From the human T2T-CHM13v2.0 reference genome, Homo sapiens, in the NCBI RefSeq assembly GCF_009914755.1, contig NC_060937.1: a stretch of DNA of 64,000 nucleotides; one strand, 5' to 3'. Positions 49,256-64,000 of this stretch are shown piece after piece. Below the pieces are notes generated by a model. That model had not been told where the DNA came from. It searched no databases and worked only from the letters and a program-made list of their open reading frames with translations. Made by a program: the position numbers and the translations under genes. The number at the start of each line of letters is the position of its first letter. Positions within the stretch are counted from its first letter, which is position 1.

Positions 49256-50060
49256 TGTTAACAATTATCCTTACATGCAAGGGTTATTGGTCATTTTCTC
49301 CCCCTTTGTACTTTTCAGGTATTCCAAGTTGTGGTTTGTGTGTATGTGTTTTTGTTTTGTTTTGTTTTGTTTTTTAAATCACTGAGGGCAGGGCCAGTTC
49401 ATAATCCCAGCTCTTTGGGAGGCCGAGGCAGGAGGATTGCTTGAGCTGAGTTCAAGACCAGCCTGGGTAACATGGCAAAACCTTATCTTCACAAAAAAAA
49501 AAAAACTACAAAAATTAAGGCTGGGCACTGTGGCTCACGCCTCTAATCCCAGCACTTTGGGAGGCTGAGGCGAATGAATCACCTGAGGTCAGGAGTTCGA
49601 GACCAGCCTGGTCAACATGGTGAAACCCCATCTCTGCTACATACAAAAATTAGCTGGGCATGGTGGGGCATGCCTGTAATCCTAGCTATTCCGGAGGCTG
49701 AGGCAGTAGCATTGCTTGAACCGGGACCTGGGAGGTGGAGGTTGCTGTGAGCCGAGATCACGCCACTGCACTTCAGCTTGGGCTACAGAGCGAGACTCTG
49801 TCTCAAAAACAAAAAACAAAAACAGAAAACAAAAATTAGCTGGATGTGGTGACAGGTACCTGTAGTCCTAGCAGTCGGGAAGCTGAGATAGGAGAATCGC
49901 TTCAGCCCAGGAGGTGGAGGCTGCAGTGAGCCATGATCATTCTACTGACTCCAGCCTAGGCAACAGAGTAAGACCCTGTTGAAAGAAAGAAAAAATAGGC
50001 TGGGCGAGGTGGCTCACTCCTGTAATCCCAGCACTTTGGGAGGCCAAGACGGGCAGATCA

Positions 50061-50273
<213 letters not shown>

Positions 50274-50279
50274 TCAAAA

Positions 50280-50388
50280 AAAAAAAAAAGAAAAGAAAAG
50301 GAAGGGAAGGAAGGAGCGAGAGAGAAAAAAAAGAAGGAAGAAAGGAAGGAAAGAAAGAAGAGAAAGAAAGGAAGAAAAAGAAAGAAAG
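50280..50388. repeat. GAAA/GGAA purine microsatellite from an Alu tail
   Basis: Near-pure A/G tract. Confidence 0.85.
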
Positions 50389-50737
50389 ACGTGGCAGCTC
50401 ACACCCGTAATTCCAACACTTTGGGAGATTTAGGTGGGAGGATTACTTAAACCCGGGAGTTGGAGACCAGCCTGGACTGTTAACATAGTGAGACCCCTTC
50501 TCTACAAAATAAACAATAACAAAATTCAGCTGGGTATGGTGGCACGTGCCTGTGGTCCCAGCTACTTAGGAGGCTGAAATAAATAAATAAATAATTTTTA
50601 AAAATTAAAAAAAAGTAAAATCATTGTGTATTTATTACCTTTGGAAGTAGGAAAAAGTATGAAAAACATAAGATGTAATGATTCACAACTTTCAGACCTG
50701 CTTAATTTTAGATTTTAATATTTTAGTGAATAGCTAC

Positions 50738-51134
50738 TGGTAAATTAAGTTTAGCCGAAAACCACCTGCTTACATATTTTAAGTTTGGCCTAAAAGTTTC
50801 CCCTTACAGGGTGAACTGCAACCCAACTGGATATGTAAACAGAATGTAACCTATTTTTTGTACTAGTCACGGAGTTTTGGCCAGTCATAGGCGGCCAGCT
50901 CTTCAAACCATGTTCAAATAAGGCAAACGCTAAGCTCTAACCAATCAGGATGTTTCTGGGCCTCATTTCTGTTTTCTTTAACTTTACTTTTTCTACCCAT
51001 AATCCTCTCTGACCACGTAGCAGCTGCAAAGTCGTTCTGAACCTCTTCTGGTTCCGGGTCCTGCCCAATTAGCAAATCATTCTTTGCTCAATTAAACTGT
51101 TAAATTTAATTTGTCTAAAGTTTTGGTTTTAACA
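50738..51134 (+). mobile_element. MER57-like ERV1 solo LTR, complete
   Basis: TG...CA ends, perfect 4-bp TSD CTAC, TTCAAATAAGGCAAACGC and AACCAATCAG motifs. Confidence 0.88.
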
Positions 51135-51297
51135 CTACTCAGTACAGAAATTCACTAAATAACGGTTGACAATATAAGGAGTCCTTTCAGCTTATTATTT
51201 TATAAAATCATAGAATTTATTGATGGGAAGGATCTTGGAAATAATCTAATCTTTCCCTTTAAAATTTGCTTCTGTTTTGCAGTGAGTACCTCTAAAG

Positions 51298-51528
51298 CAA
51301 GCTTGTCCAACCAGTGGCCAGGAGGTGGCATGTAGCCCAGGATGGCTTTGAATGCATGTGGTCCAACACAAATTTTGTAAACTTTCTTAAAACGTAAGAT
51401 TTTTTTGTGTGTGATTTTTTAATTTATTTATTTTGGCTCGTCAGTTATCATTAGTGTATTTTATGTGTGGCCCAAGACAATAATTCTTCCAGTGTGGGCC
51501 AGGGAAGCCAAAAGATTGGACACCCACG
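51298..51528. mobile_element. MER30 hAT MITE
   Basis: Perfect 8-bp TSD CTCTAAAG (51290-51297 and 51529-51536); CCAGGGAAGCCAAAAGATTGGACACCC end. Confidence 0.9.
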
Positions 51529-51579
51529 CTCTAAAGCTTAGATGGAACTTGGTGGGCTATGATGCCTGGGAGATAAATG

Positions 51580-52945
<1,366 letters not shown>

Positions 52946-53241
52946 GAAACATGATGGGACCCTTATTCCAATGTGAACTGGTAAGGAAGAGTGAAGGGCA
53001 ATCTTTGTTAAGACTACAGTTGCAAACACTTTTTATTACTCAATAATAAAGCCACAGGAACTCAGAGGAAAGGAATATTTACAATAAACTGGAAAAATGA
53101 TATGGGGTTGGTTGGAGGCATTGGGATCCCAAAGGATGAGAAGATTATAAGGAGAGAAGAAGGGATTTTCCTTTAAGGGTCTAGGATGTACAATTCCCTC
53201 AGTTCACTGAAGAAACTGAGGCTCAAAAAGTGGAGGGTCAC

Positions 53242-53614
53242 TACTATGGTTTGAATATTTGTCCCCTCCACAGCTCATGTTGAAATGTAATTGCTATTGT
53301 GATGGTATCAAGAAGTGAGACCTTTAAGAGATGTGAGCCCTCATGAATAGATTAATGTTATCATCAGGGAAGTAGGTTTCCTTATTGTAGGACTGGGCTT
53401 GTCCCTTCTTGCTCTTACTCTCATCCTCTCTCAGCCTTTCAGACATGTGATGCTTTCCTTGATGTTATGACATAGCAAGAAGGCCCATGACAGATGCCAG
53501 CACCTTGATATTGGACTTCCCTGCCTCCAGAATGGTGAGTCAGTAAATTTCTGTTATTGATAAATTACCCAGTCTTAGGTATTCTGTTGTAGAAGCACTA
53601 AATGAACTAAGACA
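53242..53614 (+). mobile_element. MST (MaLR) solo LTR inserted in a MIR
   Basis: TACTATGGTTTGAATATTTGTCCCCTCC...GAACTAAGACA; perfect 5-bp TSD GTCAC; flanks rejoin as MIR text GAAACTGAGGCTCA..GGTCAC|AAAGCTA. Confidence 0.88.
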
Positions 53615-53917
53615 GTCACAAAGCTAACAAGTAGTGGAATTAGCATTAACTTCACCTCTGCATACTTTTCCAGGCATTGTTAATAAGCTTCATTACTCTT
53701 TCATAAAGTGTAAAACATGTTGATAGGAAAGAATAAGTATTTCATATATTTAGAAAGAATGGCAACTTAAATCTCTATTTTTAAAATTTCAACCTATAGG
53801 CTGGGCACGGTGGCTCACGCCTGTAATCCGAGCACTTTGGGAGGCTGAGGCGGGTGGATCACGAGGTCAAGAGATCGAGACCATCCTGGCCAACATGGTG
53901 AAACCCTGTCTCTGCTA

Positions 53918-54117
<200 letters not shown>

Positions 54118-54492
54118 TCATTTGAGATTACTCTCAGTTTCTGATATCATCTTGTGTTTTTCCAGCTGATTTAGAACTTAAATTTGTCCATGACTTGCTT
54201 TCTCCAGAGTAATATTTTTCAAACCACAGTTTGTAAACCATGAAATGAACTTGGTGTGTTGCAACTATTATTTATTTATTTAAAAAGAAGGGCTAAAACT
54301 GTATAGACTAGATTTAAATATACTAGAATGGATAATATTAAAATGCATCTAAGACAGTGAAAGATAATTATTCCATGAATCCTGTGTTTCAGTTATATAG
54401 TCATGTACCTAGTAGGCGTTTGTACCGGGTGCTGATGTACAATGCATATCCCAGTGGTTGTCATGGTCAAAAAAAAGTTTATAAGCCACTGA

Positions 54493-54810
<318 letters not shown>

Positions 54811-55465
54811 TGAGCCACCGCGCCTGGCCTGTTTAAAATTTTTTAAGATGACATGTTTAAGAGTTAAAATTTAAGAATGAAGAGAAAGCTATCTAGAGAG
54901 GCTGTATAATGAGGTGGTTAATAGCATGGATTCTGGAGCCAAGAATCCTAGGGCCAAGGAACTTCACCCTTTCTCCACAACAATAAAGCAAAATTATGGA
55001 TTTTTGGTTGCTATAATACCAAACATCATTCAGTATAAGCAAATTATAAATGTCAACTTAAAACTAACAATTTTTATTTAAAATTCTTATTTTTGAATCC
55101 TATGAGAAGCATCCTACCCAGGAGTACTATGTTTATATATCAATAAGTAATATTAAACTTGTTTCAGTCTTTGTTCCTTCTTTCATAGAAAATTTTCTTC
55201 AGTGTTTCCATTGTTAAAATATTGTTGTTTTTTTTTTCTTTTTGAGACAGGGTCTCACTCTTTGCCCAGGCTGGAGTGCAGTGACACAATCTTAGCTCAA
55301 TACAACCTCTGCCTGCCGGGTTCAAGCAATTCTCCCACCTTAGCCTCCTGAGTAGCTGGGACTACAAGCATGCACCACGCTGCCCGGCTAGTTTTTGTAT
55401 TTTTTGGTAGAGATGGGGTTTTACCATGTTGGCCAGGATGGTCTCAAACTCCCGATCTCAAGTGA

Positions 55466-55594
<129 letters not shown>

Positions 55595-55689
55595 TAGCAT
55601 AGTATTGGTGGTAGAGATATCAATATGGTCCTAGTAGAATATTATAATTTTTTTCTAATATTTCATTGAGTCAAGTATGAATGATAAAA

Positions 55690-55930
55690 ACAACTAAAAT
55701 TTACTGAGGTCTATATTAAGTGAGGTGCAAGGTGCAAGTTTTATACATGTATGCTCGTTTCACCCCCTAAAAAACTCTATGAAAGAGGAATTATTATCTA
55801 CATTTCACACATGATGAAACGATCAGAGGCTTAGAGAAGCTTACACATGACTAAAAGCATCTAGCTAGTTGCTAGTTGTGGGTAATGCCAGAATTCAGAT
55901 GGGGGCAGTCTGGCTCTTTAAGCTGTGCTC
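55690..55930 (-). mobile_element. MIR
   Basis: TTTACTGAG..CATTTCACACATGATGAAAC..AGAGGCTTAGAGAAG..GGCAGTCTGGCTC. Confidence 0.6.
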
Positions 55931-55964
55931 AGAGTCAGTTTTACTACATCTCAATTAACGGTGA

Positions 55965-56272
<308 letters not shown>

Positions 56273-56384
56273 TGAGTGGCCAGATATTTGAAATACAAGT
56301 CTTTTGCTCACGTCTTGCAGCTGCCTCTTGGATGTCTGGTATGCTTTTTGACAGGTACAGAATAGATTAATACACACACACACA

Positions 56385-56865
56385 GTTTTAGTTGTGGATT
56401 TATTGAGATATAATTGACATATCATGCAATTCACACATTTAAGGTATGCTGTTCAGAGGTTTTTAGCACATTCACAGTTGTGCAATCATTTCAGTCAATT
56501 TTAGAACACTTGAGTCACTCCATTAAAAAACCTCGTAACTTTTAGCTACCATTTTCTACTCCCCACTTCTCCAGTTCTGGGCAACCAGTAATCTACTTTC
56601 TGTCTCTACAGATTTGCCTATTATAGACATTTCTCGTAAATGGAATAAAATATTCAGTGGTCTTTTGTGTCTTGTTTATTCACTAGCATAATGTCTTTAA
56701 GGTTTGTCCATGTTGTAGTGTATATCAGAACTTCACTCCTCTTTAGGTCTGAATAATATTCCATTGTATGGATGTACCACATTTTGTTTATCCATTCATC
56801 AGTTGATGGACATTTCAGGGATGTTGGAAATTATGAATAATGCTGTTATGAACATTCAAACATTT
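56385..56865 (-). mobile_element. L1MB 3' end
   Basis: TTTATTGAGATATAATTGACAT..AATCTACTTTCTGTCTCTACAGATTTGCCTATT..CCATTCATCAGTTGATGGACATTT. Confidence 0.85.
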
Positions 56866-59030
56866 ATTTTTAAAATTACTTTTATGTAAAATTGTCTGCT
56901 TTTTAACATTATGACAAATACTTTCTTCCCAGTTCTAAATTCTCAACGAAAAATTCTCCCTGATATCAGACCAGCAAACCAATGAACAGTTGCATGGACA
57001 GATGTACCTGAATGAATTTAAAAAGTAAATAATAAATACTATAATTAGCACAGTTGCTCATTAGTTATATAAAACAGCAATAACACTAGGGAATTAGTAG
57101 CAGTATAGAGCTCCAACTGAACAGTACGTGGCAACCCAATCTATCATTTATCACAGAGCTTATTTGGAAGTATTAGTCTACTTTAGTCTTCTAAATGTAA
57201 ATTCAATGAGCTGAAGCTACTTCAATAGGACCTGGCAGCAGAAAAGGAATGATGTAAGTTTTCACCAAATTATTACAATTTGGTAGTAGAGGATGTTTGT
57301 TTTGATGATAGTGGCTGTTTTTGTTGTGATGTTTCTGTTGTGATGGTAGTTTTTCAGTCTAAACCAGTACTGTGTAATATGAAATCTTAAGAGGCTATTT
57401 TAGTGTATTTAAAACTAAAAAATTTTAGTTACAAAGTTTCCTAAAAATTAGTGATACTTTTTGAAAAGCTGGTTCAAGTACATTTTATTAATTTTTTTCA
57501 ATAAAAGAGAACAGTGTATTCAAGGTATTTAGTACAAGGTGGAAAGCCTACTTGATTTATTTTTTTTAATGAGTGAATGAATTCAACTTCTACTAGATTA
57601 TCCTCTGTAAGTTGCGTCTATTAGTTTACACATCAGTCTTTCACGGGTGATTAACCTCACTAAAAACTTCATGTTCATCAATATTGTGTTGAACTTGAAA
57701 CTGTATTATCATATATGTTTATTAATAGGCAATGGTGTCAGATAATCGTGAAATTGAGAAGTCGCCCATCCATTTGGGTGGGAAAATAACCAACATCCTC
57801 AGTTGTAATCCCACTAAGAACCGCCAGGGCGAGACGAAAGCGACATCGCTTCCATCTTTACGTGAGTCTTGGAAATGGTTCAGCACCATGACGTCCGCCG
57901 AAGACGTAGGTGTAGACGAGGAACAAAAGAGAAGACCCCTCGTGGAGGTGGCCTGTGGGGCCCGCCCTCCTCGGGCGCCTGTCGTCGTCTGTCCCTGACT
58001 CCGCTCCCCCCGGCGGCCGCAGCGAGTGCGCCCCGCGATGCAGCGGGCTGTGGAGGGAGCCTCCATGGAGTCTCCATCAACCATTGAGGACCAGGAGACG
58101 GTGGCAGGCGGTAGAGAGGCCTGGGCAGGGCCAGCGCCCCGGGCTGCGGAGCACAGGACGGCGGCGCCCAAGGACGCCCCAGGGCAGGCCTCAGCCCCTC
58201 CAACCGGTGGGAGCCCAGCTCCAGGGGAGCCCGCAGCTCCCTCCATCTTGGTTGATGGAGGCGGGGAGCTGCGTCTGGGTCTCTCCACCGTCGTGCCCGT
58301 CCCCTGTGGCCCCGCGGACGCAGACGCCAGCAGCCGGGGTTGTTCCCTTGGCCGAATGGCAGAGTCCAGTTGGGGCTTCCCGAGGACAAGTTTCCCGGCC
58401 CCACGGGGTTTGGTTTTTAGGGGGTCCCAAGTTCCCACAGTCGTTCCGACAAAATGGAGGACGTCGTCTCCTCCTGCTGCAGCCATGGCGGGAGGTGGGG
58501 GACTATTCCCCACGGGGCGCGGCGAGGGTGGAAGGGCCTCCACTGCCCCCAGCGCGGTCGGGATTCCAGTTCACCCGCGGTCCCGAAAGCCCACTCGGAC
58601 CCGCTCCAGCGCCTCCCCGGCCTCGCCCCTCGCAGGGGCCTTCAAGCAACTGGACAGGGAGGGCGTTGGGGCATCGAGGCCGCGGCTCTCCTCGGGCAGA
58701 GGCGTTGGGAGCCGCTGCCGCGGCCTGGGCGCCCGGGCTCGGGCGAGGGCAGGCGGCCCCGCCGGAGTCTCCCGGGCTGTGTAGGTCCCGGAGAGCCCCG
58801 GGCCCCGAGGAGCCGAAGCGGGTTCGGTACGGCGGGCAGCGAATCTCGGGCTCCTGACCCTGGCAGACCCGGTGGGTGGGGGCGGGGGACCGGCGGGGAG
58901 GGGACCCGGCCAGGAGTCGAGGGCCGGCGGAGGCGGGAGTGGAACGGCAGGGCCGGGGGAGTGGCCCGCACCTGACGGACAGCCCTTCGGACCACCCTAC
59001 CGAGGGGGGGCCCTGAAGGACGGCCGTCGG

Positions 59031-59100
59031 AGCCAATGGGCGTGCCCGAAGCGCTCCGGCCAGCCTTCCCCGTCAGCCAATGAGCGCGCGGAGGGCGGGG
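59031..59100 (+). promoter_or_regulatory. Core promoter: two NF-Y CCAAT boxes and an Sp/KLF GC box, TATA-less
   Basis: AGCCAATGGG at 59031, AGCCAATGAG at 59075, GAGGGCGGGG at 59091, followed by a pyrimidine-rich CCT tract just upstream of exon 1. Confidence 0.75.
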
Positions 59101-59139
59101 CCTCCCCGGGCTCGGCCGCGCCGCCGCCTCCTCCGCCTC

Positions 59140-59254
59140 CTCCTCCTCACCAGCGCTAAAGCCGGGACTGGACCGAGCGGAGTTGTGCGTGTCGCCGAAG
59201 GGGGGTGGGCCGGGGGAGGGGAGGTTCGTTCCGCGGAGCCGCAGCCAGAACCGG
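59140..59254 (+). other. ZMYM2: ZMYM2 non-coding exon 1 (5'UTR; start approximate)
   Basis: Follows the CCAAT/GC boxes, ends at donor CGG|GTGAGG (GT at 59255), contains no ATG. The ~1.1 kb intron to the next exon fits my recollection of the ZMYM2 structure. Confidence 0.75.
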
Positions 59255-59372
59255 GTGAGGCTTATCCCCGCTGTCTTTCCAGTCCAGGGCCGCCGAGAGT
59301 GGGGGTGGCTGGGAGCAGCGCAGCCTCCGGAGGAGGAGGCGGAGGCGGAGGCGACTAGGGAGGCGGAGATGG
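59255..59372 (+). other. ZMYM2: Possible alternative/extended first exon ending at a second donor
   Basis: Second donor TGG|GTGAGG (GT at 59373) after a GGAGGC-rich stretch; usage is inferred, not shown. Confidence 0.5.
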
Positions 59373-60370
59373 GTGAGGGCAGCCTCCGGAGCCTCCCACC
59401 GACCCGGGATTAATACCCCGCGGCGCGGCCGCCGTCGCCGCTGCCGCGTCGGGGCCTCGGGGGCAGCTCGGGGCTGCGCTCATGTCACAGGCGCCTTTGC
59501 GTGCGGCCCGAGGGGCTGGGAGAGTGCGGGCGAGGCCGGGAGGGCTGGGTGAGGCGGCCGCCAGCGGCGGGGGTCGCGGGGCCGGCGGGGCGGCGGGACG
59601 GCGGGACGGCGGGGCGGGGGTGCCGGCCGCCCGGGGAGGTCGCGGGGCATTTTCCTTTCTCTCCGGCGGGGGGCGGGGGAGGGGCGCCCCGGCTGGGTCT
59701 CCGCTCTCGGGGCAGCGCTCCCACCCTGTCCACCGGAGCCGAGGTCCCCAAGTTTTTCGGGGTGAGGGCTGCTGCCTCTGCTCCGCCGGGTCCCCTCCTT
59801 CGCTCTTCTTTTCCTCGGCGCTGCGCTGCGCGGCTCTTGCTCCGCACGTATTGTTTGGCTGGGTCTCTAATGGCGGACGGGGAGGCAGCGCTGCCGGTCG
59901 CCGACTGCAGGGGGGGGCAAACCTCAGGCCCAGGGCAACTGCTTGGGGCAAATGTGGGCGATATCGGCCCAGCGGTGACGTGAGCCGCCCCTTACCTCTG
60001 AATTGGTACTTGGAGTGACGGGGATGACGCTGGGTGGGCAAATTTAGGAGGGAATACAAATCCCTTGCTGGCGTCGAGGCAACGTTTTCCCTTCCCCCCT
60101 CCCTTCCCGGGAGCAGGCTCGGTGTCCTTAGGCCCCCTCCCTTCCAGATTTTGCCTTTCACATGGGTTTTGGCCCCAGATATGTATTTTGCGCTGTTTTG
60201 CCCCACTTACGCAGGAGGGGGCTGTTGTGCGCATGGTGGGGGTAATAATAGAAGGACCGAACCTCCTTGACCTCTTATTCCCTTCTCTGCCTCCTTCTGG
60301 CAGAAAGGGTTGGGTTCTCCCACCAGGTTGTGTGTTTTTGATACATTTTTCTTTTTTCCTCCTATCCCAG

Positions 60371-60439
60371 GACCAAGAATCGCCTTCAGCCCTGTCTGGT
60401 GCATCCTTGGCAGAAAGTGAGGAGGAAAACACCCCCATT
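60371..60439 (+). other. ZMYM2: ZMYM2 non-coding exon 2 (69 nt, 5'UTR)
   Basis: Strong acceptor (TTTTTCTTTTTTCCTCCTATCCCAG|GACC) and donor ATT|GTGAGT. The sequence GACCAAGAATCGCC...ACACCCCCATT matches the ZMYM2/ZNF198 mRNA leader as I recall it (followed by GTTCTTTGGC-ATG GAC ACA in the next exon, outside this window). Confidence 0.8.
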
Positions 60440-62910
60440 GTGAGTCCTTTGCCCCTAATTTGTTGCTAATAGAGGACATTGTCAGGTTGTAGGGGTTAAG
60501 CTATGGGACCTGGCCCTCCCCGTTGTTTTGAGGGGGAGGAGCTTTCCCTTGGGTGGCAGCTGCCCCCAGGGCGAAGCCTGGGTAATGGCTGGTGAGGCAG
60601 CTGGGAGTGGGCGCTGCTGTTTCCACCGCTGCAGACATCGCTCCTGCTGCTGCAATACCAACCTCAGCAACCAGACGACGGGCTTCTGCAGCTGCTCACG
60701 TTACCCGGGAGGAGGGGTGGTGCGAAGGAGGGCATATTTCTGGTGCCCTCTAGAGTTCCAAAATGGGAATTAAAGTTATTTCTTGTTGAATGCTGTGCAT
60801 GCAACCTGAACATTTTTTCTTCCTTAAACAATGGCTAATTGATTGAAGGAATTGGAAACATAGAAATAATCATTTATATTTTTGTTTATGTCTGCTGGAA
60901 ACACATATTTTGACACTTATGGCTCATGAGTTGCTAGATCTTTTTCATGTATTTGCTTAGGAAAGGGAGTCAACTCCTCTAGTACTATCTTGTTCACCAA
61001 GTAGTATGCTGATCAGTCCAGTGTACTGATCTAGTTAATTTCTTCGTTCCCCATCTTCCATGTTGATCATCTTTAACTTAACGATCATTTTTGAATGTGT
61101 TACCAGAGAATTATTTAATTTGTTGGTTTTAAGGCAACTATGTAATGTGCTAGAGAGGAAGATGAAGATAGCCAGTCATATTTTCCTTCAGGCAATTGAA
61201 ACTAAAAGTATCTGAAGTCAGCACTCTGGACACATTATGTCTCTGGAGCCCATTGACAGTTGATGTGGTAACTTGTAGATCTCTGTCAGAGTCAGAGATG
61301 AGTTATTTACGCTTAAGTATTCAGTCCACATGGTTCAAAAAATAGTGAATTGATAAGCATTTGCTGAATATACATTGTGAAGGATGATGTGAGAATAGTA
61401 ACTTACATTAAATATACACCGTTCTAGGCACAGTCCAGGACACTTTCCTTTAATCTTAGCAAGTAGCCCACAGGGTAATACCTATGGCGTGTATTGAGCC
61501 CTTATTGTATGCTAGCCCAATTCTAAGGTTTTTTTTTTTTTTTTAAGTTTATTATGGAAACTTTAAATTTTACTAGTAAGAATAGTGTACTGAACCTCCA
61601 TGTACCCATCATTCACATTCTAAAATTATCAATACGTGCCCACACTAGTTTTTAACATGTGTTAAGTAATTTAATTATCACGAAAACCCAGTGATGTTGA
61701 TAACCACAGTTATCAATTAGATTTTTATACTGCCTTGTTTCAAAACTAACGGGCTGTTTGGATCAGAATTAACATAGTCTCTTTTTCAATATGTCTGTAC
61801 AATTTACAGTCTGTAATTGTTTTCTAAATATTGCTAACTTGAATGAATATAACATCTCTAATGAGTTTGAAGTTCATCTCAGGCATCAGATCATTCAATA
61901 ATGAATCAAGGGTTAGATCTTTCAAATAGATGGATGATGCTTATCGCCACATATTTTCACAAAAGATTTATCTTTCTAGGATTTTTTTTCTTTGTTCTTA
62001 GTTATGTTGATAGGGGAAGCTTGATAATTGGTTGTGTTTAGTAGATATTTGGAGATGAGGAACATAAAAAATGCAAAATCAGTACTTTTCTGTAATGTCA
62101 ACATATGTATACTAACGGAAAGCAGTGCTGCTTTTACGTAATACCAGAATGGTTCTTGTTTTGCTTAACGATTTAGCTTAGAGTTGAACATTTCTTTACT
62201 TAAAAACAGCAACTAGTGATGCTGCTATGTGCTAGACAGTAAGATGAAGATAACCTGATGATTTTTAATTGGCCTTGACTAAATAAGTACTTTTATTATA
62301 CAGTAGGAACATATGTAAATGCTTTTAGATCCATTTACAAAGTATTTTGACAGTTAAAAATACTTTGCATATTTATGGCATATTTCTTTAGTGCATCCTT
62401 TCTAATATCTGTTCCCTCCCACCTATCCTTTTAAATTGTTGGGAGGAAGATATAAAGTGGTCCCTACTTTTCCATGGGCTGGGCTTTTGTATCTCATGTG
62501 GTGAGACAATCCTGAATCACTCAAGTATGACATATATGCTGACATATGAACATTTTTAACTTCTGTGTGGATATAGAGCTTATATTATCTTTGAACAACA
62601 GTTTTTATTTTTTCAGTTTTATTGTATTTTGCCCTTGTTTGAGGTACAGAAGTGTACAAATTTAATATTAATGCATTTGAGACAAAGTGAATCTTTACCT
62701 TCAGTCAGATGCTCTGGTATTAATGTGATGGGAAGAATGGGTATGAAATGCTGAAACCCTGGTGTCAAAAGGCATGGTATAATTAGAATTGTTATATTTC
62801 CTGTCTCTCTAGCATTAATATGTCTCTATACCATTTGACAATATTATTAATATATATCATAATAAATGTCGTTGATTATGAGAAGACTGGGCTATTCAAA
62901 TTGCATGGGA

Positions 62911-63551
<641 letters not shown>

Positions 63552-64000
63552 TGCATGTGATTTTTTTAGCGAATGCAAGGAGAGCCCAAACTCAAGTGTT
63601 TTCTCTCATTGGATTCACAAATAGTATTTTATGTAGGGCATTTCAATTTAGGGAAGAAATAAATTGCTTTGACTCCCTGCGTTTTGCTCCTTTAAAAACA
63701 CTTCAGTTGGTTAATTTTCTTATATTCCTGTCAAAGCATAGAAGTGAACAGGACTTTTGAAGTATTCAGATCAAAAAGTTCTAATGCAGGTCTCCAATAT
63801 ATAACACTTACAGAGTTGTCAATGAGAAAAATTGCTGTTGGATAAATCCATGAATTTGAGTGCAGCAATCTGAGTAACAGTTGCAGCTTATTTTCATATT
63901 TTATTTTGGTTGTATACCAGCAAGAATTTTTTTTTTTATGTAGTTGGAGTTGCACATTTTTATATTTACAACCTGGTTTTTTAAACAAATCACTTCGTAG

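Larger units (their letters stand above)
57820..60730. promoter_or_regulatory. CpG island / promoter region of ZMYM2
   Basis: Abrupt switch from AT-rich, CpG-depleted DNA to very GC- and CpG-rich, Alu-free sequence; contains CCAAT boxes, GC boxes and first-exon splice donors. Confidence 0.95.

Noticed and set aside
51242-51252. DUX4-like motif TAATCTAATCT
   Set aside because: One mismatch at a key position, single occurrence in AT-rich DNA; expected by chance.
57722-60469. Long overlapping ORFs (up to 300 aa) on both strands in the CpG island
   Set aside because: Pro/Gly/Arg/Ala-rich, no recognisable domain, open in several frames at once: expected from stop-codon scarcity in GC-rich DNA. 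The ZMYM2 CDS starts downstream of the window.
62215-62262. Possible box C/D snoRNA (GTGATGC...CTGA)
   Set aside because: C box imperfect, only ~40 nt between boxes, no terminal stem.

Overview
Primate (human-like) genomic DNA, very rich in repeats. The first ~57 kb is apparently intergenic. It holds roughly 85-90 Alu copies or fragments (hand count), old and younger L1 fragments, and a degraded ~5 kb ERV-L internal region (gag-pro-pol/RT-RNaseH-IN, no flanking LTRs). It also holds several solo LTRs (MER74A, MER57, MLT1, MST, LTR16, MER4-group), hAT MITEs (MER30, MER58, Charlie1/MER119-like), L2 and MIR. A ~3 kb CpG island (~57.8-60.7 kb) is a TATA-less CCAAT/GC-box promoter with two non-coding + strand exons, which I recognise from memory as the 5' end of ZMYM2 (ZNF198, 13q12). 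The coding exons lie beyond the window. No genuine cellular CDS is present; nearly all listed ORFs are Alu/L1/ERV-derived or GC-rich artefacts. I found no convincing novel biological system. The best leads are a splice-dependent uORF and a G-quadruplex in the ZMYM2 5'UTR, a diverged duplicated element in intron 2, the ERV-L relic, and several unusual retrotransposon architectures. Repeat subfamily names come from remembered consensus sequences, and most repeat boundaries are approximate.
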